A stretch of 64,000 bases of DNA from Peptococcia bacterium (lineage in GTDB: Bacteria > Bacillota > Peptococcia > DRI-13 > DTU073), in NCBI GenBank assembly GCA_050951605.1, contig JBMNJJ010000002.1:274394-338393 (forward strand), written 5' to 3'. The notes beneath the pieces are model-generated. The model ran no database searches. It was not told the origin of the DNA and saw only the letters and a list, made by a program, of their open reading frames with translations. Positions 37,118-44,783 of this stretch are shown one piece after another. The first letter of the stretch is position 1; every line of letters begins with the position of its first letter. Both the position numbers and the translations under genes were made by a program.

Positions 37118-37147
37118 ATTGTAGCAACTTTCTCCTCGCTTTGGCAA
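37118..37147 (-). promoter_or_regulatory. Candidate glnA promoter
   Basis: The minus strand reads TTGCCA, 18-nt spacer, TACAAT, in the 80-nt gap between DUF1540 and glnA. Confidence 0.45.
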
Positions 37148-37161
37148 GTTTTTATTTCTAT

Positions 37162-37557
37162 TTATTCATTTCTCTTGGCAAAGGTTTGACAATTGGTATC
37201 TTGGCATTCACGAGAATCATGCCCGGTAACTTCTATGGTATCGGCAATACAGATATCTCTTTGGCCCCAGTATTTACAGGTATCAACAATACAGGTGACC
37301 GTAGGAGTAATTTGTGGACCGGGTTTAAAAGCGGAAACGAGCCCGCCCCAGTTTTTGTTATCTAAAGTGCCGAGATAATTAGCCACACCACTTTTTTGGG
37401 CAAATGTTTTACACATAGTTTGTTCTGCATTTTGGGACATGTGATTGACTTCTTCATTTAAGATATCAATGCTTTCAGCGACACACTTATCTCCGGGTAG
37501 ATAGTGATTACAAGTATTAACAATACATTTTACTATGGGATTTGTTCTTTGCGTCAT
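37162..37557 (-). CDS. Tandem DUF1540-domain protein
   Basis: Two copies of the Cys-rich unit (CIVNTCNHYLPGDKCVAESIDI and CIVDTCKYWGQRDICIADTIEV). The ATG at 37557 lies 8 nt after AGGAG. Confidence 0.75.
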   Translation of the reverse strand: MTQRTNPIVKCIVNTCNHYLPGDKCVAESIDILNEEVNHMSQNAEQTMCKTFAQKSGVANYLGTLDNKNWGGLVSAFKPGPQITPTVTCIVDTCKYWGQRDICIADTIEVTGHDSRECQDTNCQTFAKRNE

Positions 37558-37623
37558 TTTTATCACTCCTTTTAAGGTTTTTTTTAGCTTTTCACCTTAA
37601 AAGAAGATTTATACATCAATATT

Positions 37624-38343
37624 TTACTTAAATCGATCCAAACAAGAGGAAGCGAGATGACAATAACGACAGGTATAGGCACTGCGACATGGTTTTTTAG
37701 CTGGTTCTCTAGTAGAAGAAGGAGAGGCATAACTTCTTTCTAGGGGAATATTACTCCAGCCTAGAGCGGCGGTAACTGACTTGCACGGTTGAAGAAGAAA
37801 ATAGGGGGTTGTCGTAATGCCGATTTTTTTACAGTCTAGGCTGATTAAGAATTCTTTTTGCCAGTTAAGTGGCCAGTCACCATAACCTGGGCTAAAGCGA
37901 GCTGTAGGGAAATAACCTTTACGTCTAATTTGGGTAGAAAGGTAACAGTCTAGTTGTTCGGTCAAAGATTCAATAGCTGTAGAAGCTACACCATCGGCAA
38001 TGAGGGCATGGACCGGATTACGCGGACTTAAATGAGCGAGAAGGTGATCGATTTTTGGTCCCAGTGTTGTCGCTAAGAGGGTGATTTGGTTACAGGTTTT
38101 GAAATGTTGGGCGGTATTATTTCCTTCTAAAAGAAGTGGAGAACCTTCTAAGATAATTTTTTCCGCTTCCCAAGACTTAACGGGAAAGGTTTTCCACACA
38201 CCTATAGGTCGAGCCTTTTGTTTAATTTCTATCAAGTAATGTTCAATCAGTTCTCTTTCTTGAGGTGAAGGTTCTTTATTCATACCTAGAAAGGGTAAAA
38301 CTTCTTGATATGTTAGGGTTAAAGGAATTTTAAAAAGATTCAT
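37624..38343 (-). CDS. Stand-alone vitamin-B12-dependent methionine synthase activation (AdoMet-binding) domain protein
   Basis: 239 aa. FSPGYGDWPL motif typical of the MetH reactivation domain. It lies immediately downstream of the truncated metH. RBS AAGGAGGG. Confidence 0.75.
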   Translation of the reverse strand: MNLFKIPLTLTYQEVLPFLGMNKEPSPQERELIEHYLIEIKQKARPIGVWKTFPVKSWEAEKIILEGSPLLLEGNNTAQHFKTCNQITLLATTLGPKIDHLLAHLSPRNPVHALIADGVASTAIESLTEQLDCYLSTQIRRKGYFPTARFSPGYGDWPLNWQKEFLISLDCKKIGITTTPYFLLQPCKSVTAALGWSNIPLERSYASPSSTREPAKKPCRSAYTCRYCHLASSCLDRFK

Positions 38344-38359
38344 TTAAAACCCTCCTTAG

Positions 38360-40786
38360 TCAGTCTATATTTAAGAGCTTTTCGACTATCTTAACCGTTT
38401 CCACAGCATCTTTTCCATAGCCGTCAGCCCCTATTTGGTGAGCATAGTCTTTGGTTACAACAGCTCCACCAACGAGAACTTTGACCGGTAGTTTTTCTTT
38501 TTTGACTTCCCGAATAACTTTTTCCATTTCGATCATAGTTGTAGTCATTAAAGCACTTAAGCCAATTATTTGTGCTTTTTCTTTTTTAGCAGTATTAATA
38601 AAATTGGAAGTAGGTACATTTTTACCCAAATCAATAATTTTATAGCCGTGGTTTTCTAAGAGTGCCTTAACGATATTTTTGCCAATATCGTGGATATCTC
38701 CCTTGACTGTGCCGAGAACAATTGTACCTTTATTTTCGAAGATAGTAGTAGGGAGTTGTTTTTGCAGGTAAGAAAAGGCTACTTTGACGGCTTCACTAGT
38801 TAGTAGTAATTGAGGTAGAAAAATTTCTCCTTTGCCAAAGAGGTCACCTATTTTTTCCAAAGGGGGAATGATTCCTTGTTTAATAATGGTTAAAGGGTCT
38901 GCATTTTTAGTAGTAAGCAGTTCTTTAAGTAGAGGGATTATTGGTTCTTTTTGTCCTTGCAAGATATAGTTGTGGAAAGTGGTAAGGAAATTTGTTTGAT
39001 CGGTAGTTGTGTTTGGGGGAGGAGAAGAAGGGGATAACTTAGTAGTTTTTCCTGTTACTTGCAGATAATTTCTTGCTCCGGGGTCACGTCCGCTAAGAAG
39101 AGCACCGGCGGCTAAAGTTTCGCCGATTCTAGAGTCATGTGGATTAGCAATAGCAGCGTCCAATCCGGCTCCTAGTGCTAAGGACAGAAAAGTATTGTTA
39201 AGCCAAGAACGTTGGGGTAAACCGTGGGAAACATTGCTTAAACCTAAAATGCAGCTGACTCCTAAATGTTTTTTTACTAAATGAATTGTCTTTATTGTTT
39301 CGAGGCAAAGGCTAGAATCGGTCGCTGCTGTTAGTACTAAGCAGTCAATAAGTAAATCTTCTTTAGCAAGACCTATTTCTAGACCGCGGTTAATAATTTT
39401 TTCGGCAATTTTAAATCTGTCTTCGGCTTTGGCCGGAATACCTTTTTCATCAAGGGTTAGCCCTAAGACGGCAGCCCCATATTTTTTGGCCAAAGGTAGA
39501 ATGGTTGATAGGCTTTTTTCTTCACCATTAACCGAATTAATGAGGGCTTTTCCTTGGTATTCTTGGAGTCCCTTTTCCAAAGCTGTCGGATTAGTGCAGT
39601 CTAAGACGAGGGGGATATCTAAGGCCATTTGTAGTTGTCTGATGCCTGCAATTAATAAATCGCCTTCATCGAATCCTGGTAGTCCGACATTTAAATCTAA
39701 AAGGTCTGCTCCTTTTTCTACTTGTTCAAAAGCTTCCTGTAAAATTAAATCCCATTTATTTTCTCGAAAAGCTTGGGCAATACTTTTACGTGCTGTAGGA
39801 TTAATTCTTTCACCAATAAGCCGTGGTAATTCGCTTGTACCCATAGTAATAATCTTTGTTCGGCTAGCCAAACGGGTAGGGAAACTTTTTTTTGTTAAGG
39901 TACTATCTTGTTTGGACGGAGAGAGCATGGATAGCTTTTCACTTATAGCTCGGATATGTTCTGGCGTACTTCCACAACAAGCTCCAATAAATTTAACACC
40001 TAGTTGTAGAAAACCTTCTACAAAGCTAGCCATCATTTCCGGAGTTTCATGGTAAACTGTTTTTCCCTTAATTAATTCCGGCATCCCGGCATTAGGTTCT
40101 ACTAATAAAGGTAAGTTAGTGGCTTTACTATAGGCTTTGATAATGGGCAGTAGTTCTTGAGGTCCACTAGAGCAGTTAGCACCGATAAGATCAGCTCCCA
40201 TAGCTTCCAGGACAATGGCGGCTGTTTCGGGGGAGGTACCGGTTAGGGTTCGTCCTTGGGTATAAGTTAAGGAACAGGCTACCGGAAGGGTGGTAAAGTT
40301 TTTGGCTGCATAAAGAGCAGCACGAGCTTCTCCTAAATCAGAAAAGGTCTCTAGAAAGATAAAATCCACTCCTCCTGCTTGTAGTGCTTCCATTTGTTCG
40401 CGGAAAACCTCTACTAATTGAACCCAAGTGTACTCACTAAGCGGAGCGGGGAAATAACCGGTAGGTCCAACTATTCCAGCTATAAAAGCTTTTTCGCCGA
40501 CTACTTCTTTAACTAATCCCGCTGCCGTTAAATTAATTTTTTTGACTTGGGATGAAGCTTGGTACTCTTTAAGTTTTAAACGATTAGCTCCAAAAGTATT
40601 TGTTTGGATTACTTGTGCCCCGACCTTAAGGTAAGCTTGATGAATTATTTTAAGCTTTTCCGGGTGGGAAAGCATCCATAGTTCAGGGCTTTCCCCTGGT
40701 GGAAGTCCTGCTTGGGTAAGCATTGTTCCTAGTGCCCCATCACCCAGAAGCACTTTTCTTTTTAAGGAAGATAAAAATTTAGACAA
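38360..40786 (-). CDS. metH: Methionine synthase lacking the C-terminal activation domain (Hcy S-methyltransferase + pterin-binding + B12-binding modules)
   Basis: LGDGALGT...GANCS...GACCG (Hcy domain), a pterin-binding module, and the cobalamin motif GDIHDIGKN. Probable TTG start at 40786; the listed ORF opens at GTG 40795. Confidence 0.9.
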   Translation of the reverse strand: MSKFLSSLKRKVLLGDGALGTMLTQAGLPPGESPELWMLSHPEKLKIIHQAYLKVGAQVIQTNTFGANRLKLKEYQASSQVKKINLTAAGLVKEVVGEKAFIAGIVGPTGYFPAPLSEYTWVQLVEVFREQMEALQAGGVDFIFLETFSDLGEARAALYAAKNFTTLPVACSLTYTQGRTLTGTSPETAAIVLEAMGADLIGANCSSGPQELLPIIKAYSKATNLPLLVEPNAGMPELIKGKTVYHETPEMMASFVEGFLQLGVKFIGACCGSTPEHIRAISEKLSMLSPSKQDSTLTKKSFPTRLASRTKIITMGTSELPRLIGERINPTARKSIAQAFRENKWDLILQEAFEQVEKGADLLDLNVGLPGFDEGDLLIAGIRQLQMALDIPLVLDCTNPTALEKGLQEYQGKALINSVNGEEKSLSTILPLAKKYGAAVLGLTLDEKGIPAKAEDRFKIAEKIINRGLEIGLAKEDLLIDCLVLTAATDSSLCLETIKTIHLVKKHLGVSCILGLSNVSHGLPQRSWLNNTFLSLALGAGLDAAIANPHDSRIGETLAAGALLSGRDPGARNYLQVTGKTTKLSPSSPPPNTTTDQTNFLTTFHNYILQGQKEPIIPLLKELLTTKNADPLTIIKQGIIPPLEKIGDLFGKGEIFLPQLLLTSEAVKVAFSYLQKQLPTTIFENKGTIVLGTVKGDIHDIGKNIVKALLENHGYKIIDLGKNVPTSNFINTAKKEKAQIIGLSALMTTTMIEMEKVIREVKKEKLPVKVLVGGAVVTKDYAHQIGADGYGKDAVETVKIVEKLLNID

Positions 40787-40920
40787 GATGAACACCTCCT
40801 AATTTAACTAATTCTAGCTGAGAATGTGTTTTAAAGTCAATAATACTTTTAGATTCATTCTGTCATAATCCTGCTTAAAGGACAATATATTTTAGTTAAA
40901 CGAGAAAAGGAGGGCAAGTT

Positions 40921-41646
40921 ATGGGTGGATTATGGGAGCCACGAGAGCAGTATTATTTTCGAAGCTCTAAACATAAATTATGGTCGTTACGAGAAAAACA
41001 ATGGACTCGGGCTCGCTTGTTGAAGATATTACGGCAAACTTTTGCATCACTGTTAATCTTTATGCTTATTTGGGGTGTTTTTTGTTTTGAAGCTCCAGCA
41101 ATGGTTCCTGTTCAAACGAAAATAAAGGAATGGTTTACGCAAGATTATGATCTGGAACCGGTAATAAAATTTTTTAGTAGTGTCGGTCTTTGGGGCAATA
41201 CTTTAGATAGAGCTGCTTTTGAAGTTGTCTCAACTACGGAAGTTACGGAGCCTTTAACAGTTCCGGTTTCAGGACAAATTGGTAAGCCGTTTGGTTGGTT
41301 GGTACAACCTGACCAGTCACGAGTTTTTCATGATGGAATTACAATTATAGCGAGGGAAGGAACCCCTATTAAAGCTGCTTTAGGGGGAACTGTATCGCGC
41401 ATAGGTAATGAGGAGGAATTAGGTAGGATTATTGTCATTTGTAGTGAGGGAGGAATTATTACCAGATATGCTTATTGCAAAGAAATATTGGTTAATCTAA
41501 ATGATGAAGTGCAAGAAGGGCAGGTTATTGCTCGGGTAGGGAAAACGGGAACGGCGACTTATCCTCAGCTTTTTTTTAGTGTTTCGGTAAAAGGGCAGCC
41601 GACAGACCCGACTAAGTTTTTTATGCCTGCAGCGAGTCGTCTATAA
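40921..41646 (+). CDS. Membrane-anchored degenerate M23/LytM-domain protein (SpoIVFA-like)
   Basis: One TM helix (LLIFMLIWGVFCF) and a C-terminal LytM fold. The canonical metal ligands are replaced: HxxxD becomes HDGIT, and HLHFE becomes QLFFS. Confidence 0.7.
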   Translation: MGGLWEPREQYYFRSSKHKLWSLREKQWTRARLLKILRQTFASLLIFMLIWGVFCFEAPAMVPVQTKIKEWFTQDYDLEPVIKFFSSVGLWGNTLDRAAFEVVSTTEVTEPLTVPVSGQIGKPFGWLVQPDQSRVFHDGITIIAREGTPIKAALGGTVSRIGNEEELGRIIVICSEGGIITRYAYCKEILVNLNDEVQEGQVIARVGKTGTATYPQLFFSVSVKGQPTDPTKFFMPAASRL

Positions 41647-41647
41647 G

Positions 41648-42094
41648 GAAAATATGCTGTACCGTTTCCCGTTCCGTGCTTCATCCAGAACAGACTAGTA
41701 CTTGATTCGGGAGAAAGCAAACCACCTTCAACAGTACCTCCTTGTCCTGATTCAGGTTGATTCTGCCGTCCTGTCAGTCTCATTGCTTTCTCGACCTCAT
41801 CTTCATAAGTCTGTTTAGCTGCACTTCGCAAAGGAACGTTAAACGGTACAGCATATTTTCTGTGGGGGAGGAAGAGGAGGTTTCCCGTTCCGTGCTTCAT
41901 CCAGAACAGACTAGTACTTGATTCGGGAGAAAGCAAACCACCTTCAACAGTACCTCCTTGTCCTGATTCAGGTTGATTCTGCCGGCCTGTCAGTCTCATT
42001 GCTTTCTCAACCTCATCTTCATAAGTCTGTTTAGCTGCACTTCGCAAAGGAACGTTAAATGGTACAGCATATTTTCTGTGGGGGAGGAAGAGGA
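41648..42094. repeat. Two tandem 216-bp units (41664-41879, 41880-42094; 3 mismatches) plus a 20-bp inverted repeat closing unit 1
   Basis: Direct comparison at a 216-nt offset gives differences only at 41769/41985, 41793/42009 and 41844/42060. GAAAATATGCTGTACCGTTT (41648-41667) is the exact reverse complement of 41841-41860. Confidence 0.9.
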
Positions 42095-42184
42095 ACTTTT
42101 TGTTGCTTAGTTAGGAAAAGCAATATATTATAAATGTAGCAATTAATGATTATCTAGTAATTATTTTGAGGGGGATTAATAGGT

Positions 42185-44062
42185 TTGCAGCAATTCAAAC
42201 AAGTATTAGTAGAAGAAATTCTGCCTAAAGTAAAAAAACCGTTGCGTTACTTAGGAAATGAATATAATGCAGTTAAAAAAGATTGGAAGGCAGTTAAACT
42301 GCGTTCTCTTTTTGCTTTTCCTGATGTTTATGAGGTAGGGATGTCTCATTTGGGGTTACAGATTCTCTATGGTTTAGTTAATGCACAAGCAGATTATTTA
42401 ATGGAACGAGTTTTTGCTCCTTGGCCTGATATGGAGGAGGAATTACGTACTCGAGGGTTACCGCTTTATAGTTTAGAGTCTTTAAGACCACTTACTGATT
42501 TTGATTGTATTGGTTTTACTTTGCAATATGAAATGAGCTATACTAATATTCTTAATATCTTGGATTTAGGAGGTATTTCTCTTCAGGCTGAGGAGAGGGG
42601 TAATGAAGAACCTATAGTTATGGCCGGTGGTCCTTGTGCTTATAATCCCGAGCCTTTAGCTGATTTTATTGATTTTTTTGTTTTAGGTGAGGGAGAAGAA
42701 GTTCTTTTAGAAATTTTAGAGGTGATGGCTAAACATCGAGCTGTCAGGCAGGGGAAACAGGATAAAAAAGTATTATTAAAAGAATTAGCTCGGCTTAAGG
42801 GAGTATATGTACCTGCATTTTATGAAGCTTTTTATGATGTTCAGGGGAAGTTTTCTGGGGTTAAAGTAAAAGAAGCTGAGGTCGCACCACGAGTTGTGAA
42901 GAGGGTTGTTAAAGACTTTGAACATATTTATTTCCCTTTAAAACCTATTGTTCCTTATTTGGAAGTAGTACATGACCGGATGATGTTGGAGGTTTTAAGA
43001 GGTTGTACGAGAGGTTGTCGTTTTTGTCAAGCCGGGTTTCTTTATCGACCAGTACGGGAACGTAGTAAAGAGTTGCTTTTACAACAGGCGGAGAAAATTA
43101 GTGAAGAGACAGGTCATAATGAAATTTCTCTTACTTCCCTAAGTACGAGTGATTATTCTTGTGTGGAATCTTTGTTGCAGGAAACCTTAAATCGCTTTGC
43201 GGGAAAAAATATTGGGGTATCTTTACCTTCTTTACGTGTAGATTCTTTTTCGGTGAATTTAGCCAAAGAGGTGCAAAGGGTTAGAAAAACAGGGCTAACT
43301 TTTGCCCCGGAAGCCGGAACTCAGCGTTTACGGGATGTTATTAATAAGAATGTAACAGAGGAAAATTTAATGGAGGTAGTAGAGGCGGTTTTTACAGAAG
43401 GTTGGACGCAGTTAAAGTTATATTTTATGTTGGGTTTACCTACAGAAACTTATGCTGACTTGGATGGGATTGCTGATCTTGCGGCTAAGGTTTTATTTAG
43501 AGCACGGGAAATCTTGCGGGAAAAAGGGAGTAGACGGAGACCACAAGTTACGGTAAGTGTGTCCTCTTTTGTGCCTAAACCCCATACTCCTTTTCAGTGG
43601 GAACCCCAAGACCCGATAAAAGTATTGCAGGCAAAACAAAAATATTTAAGGAATAAAATTAAAGAAAAAGGGATTATTTATAATTATCATGAGGCTGAAT
43701 TAAGTTTTCTGGAGGCTGTGTTTGCTAAAGGTGACAGGCGTTTAGGACCGGTATTATTGGAGGCTTGGTGTTTAGGTTGTCGTTTTGATGGTTGGTCAGA
43801 ACACTTTCGTTATGACCTTTGGTGTGAGGCGTTTCAGAAAACAGGCACTGTGCCAGAAGAGATTGCCAATCAGCCTTTAACTTATGAAGATGCTCTGCCT
43901 TGGGACCATTTAGATACGGGGGTAAAAAAAGAGTATCTTTGGCAAGAAAGAGAGAAGGCATATCGGTTAGTTACAACTGAAGATTGTAGGTTTGCTACTT
44001 GTTCTGTTTGCGGTATTTGTCAGAACCTAGATGTAGCAACTTGTTTAAAGAAAGGTGAATAA
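42185..44062 (+). CDS. Radical SAM protein with N-terminal B12-binding-like domain (TIGR03960-type, conserved upstream of rng in Firmicutes)
   Basis: CTRGCRFCQAG radical-SAM cluster motif. 625 aa. TTG start. Confidence 0.8.
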   Translation: MQQFKQVLVEEILPKVKKPLRYLGNEYNAVKKDWKAVKLRSLFAFPDVYEVGMSHLGLQILYGLVNAQADYLMERVFAPWPDMEEELRTRGLPLYSLESLRPLTDFDCIGFTLQYEMSYTNILNILDLGGISLQAEERGNEEPIVMAGGPCAYNPEPLADFIDFFVLGEGEEVLLEILEVMAKHRAVRQGKQDKKVLLKELARLKGVYVPAFYEAFYDVQGKFSGVKVKEAEVAPRVVKRVVKDFEHIYFPLKPIVPYLEVVHDRMMLEVLRGCTRGCRFCQAGFLYRPVRERSKELLLQQAEKISEETGHNEISLTSLSTSDYSCVESLLQETLNRFAGKNIGVSLPSLRVDSFSVNLAKEVQRVRKTGLTFAPEAGTQRLRDVINKNVTEENLMEVVEAVFTEGWTQLKLYFMLGLPTETYADLDGIADLAAKVLFRAREILREKGSRRRPQVTVSVSSFVPKPHTPFQWEPQDPIKVLQAKQKYLRNKIKEKGIIYNYHEAELSFLEAVFAKGDRRLGPVLLEAWCLGCRFDGWSEHFRYDLWCEAFQKTGTVPEEIANQPLTYEDALPWDHLDTGVKKEYLWQEREKAYRLVTTEDCRFATCSVCGICQNLDVATCLKKGE

Positions 44063-44759
44063 AACGATGCTTTTATGTTTGCAATATAGTAAAGGAGAAG
44101 AGGCTAGGTTTTTGTCACATTTGGATTTAATGAGAGCTATGGAAAGAGCTTTGCGGCGGGCCCATTTGCCATTGGCTTTTTCCGAAGGTTATAGTCCTCA
44201 TCCTCGTGTTGCTTATGCTTCGGCTTTAGCGGTTGGAGTTACTAGTGAGGGGGAGTATCTTGATTTAGAGTTGGAGGAAGATTTACCGGCACGAGAAGTT
44301 GTTGAGCGTTTAAATTTTATTCTCCCGCCCGGATTAAAGGTTTTAGGCGCTGTTCCAGTAACGAAAAGAAAAAAAAGTTTGATGGCTATAATTAATATGG
44401 CTCGTTATCGGGTATCAATTTTTCCTTTTCGGGTTTTAGAGCAGGAGGATGTGGAACAAATGATTGCTCCAGTACTTTCTTATTCGACTTATGTAGTATC
44501 TCGTCAAGGTAAAAAAGGAGTACGACAAGTGGACATTCGTCCTGGTTTGTTTCAACTACAAGGAAAGCTTATTAAGCATAAATTGATTTTGCAAATGGAT
44601 GTGCAAACAGGTAGTGGTGGCAATGTTAGACCCGAGGAAGTAGTAGAAATGGTTAAAGCAACAAGACCTTTTACTGGGAAGGAAATTTTACAGATTCATC
44701 GACTAGGTTTATATATTCGCGAAAAAGAAAAAATTTGGTCACCACTAGAAAAAACATAG
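44055..44759 (+). CDS. Radical-SAM-linked protein (DUF2344 / TIGR03936-type)
   Basis: 234 aa. FLSHLDLMRAMERALRRA N-terminal signature. It overlaps the preceding radical SAM gene. The alternative start is ATG 44067. Confidence 0.75.
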   Translation: MNKTMLLCLQYSKGEEARFLSHLDLMRAMERALRRAHLPLAFSEGYSPHPRVAYASALAVGVTSEGEYLDLELEEDLPAREVVERLNFILPPGLKVLGAVPVTKRKKSLMAIINMARYRVSIFPFRVLEQEDVEQMIAPVLSYSTYVVSRQGKKGVRQVDIRPGLFQLQGKLIKHKLILQMDVQTGSGGNVRPEEVVEMVKATRPFTGKEILQIHRLGLYIREKEKIWSPLEKT

Positions 44760-44783
44760 GGGTTTTTATGAGGAGTGACTTTA

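Noticed and set aside
37082-37161. Glutamine riboswitch, T-box, or TnrA/GlnR box (TGTNAN7TNACA) upstream of glnA.
   Set aside because: The 80-nt gap holds only a promoter-like TTGCCA-18-TACAAT. No TGTNA-N7-TNACA match or conserved riboswitch strands were seen.
40796-40920. SAM or cobalamin riboswitch expected upstream of metH.
   Set aside because: The divergent intergenic region is only 125 nt. It contains a plausible TTGACT/TAGAAT promoter close to the RBS. No B12-box (GCCACTG-like) or SAM-I conserved strands were found.
41664-41688. Hammerhead-ribozyme-like string on the minus strand of the repeat (CUGGAUGAAGCACGGAACGGGAAAC).
   Set aside because: The core would need CUGANGA...GAAA with defined stems. 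There is an extra G within the CUGA box, and no stem II or III pairing could be drawn.
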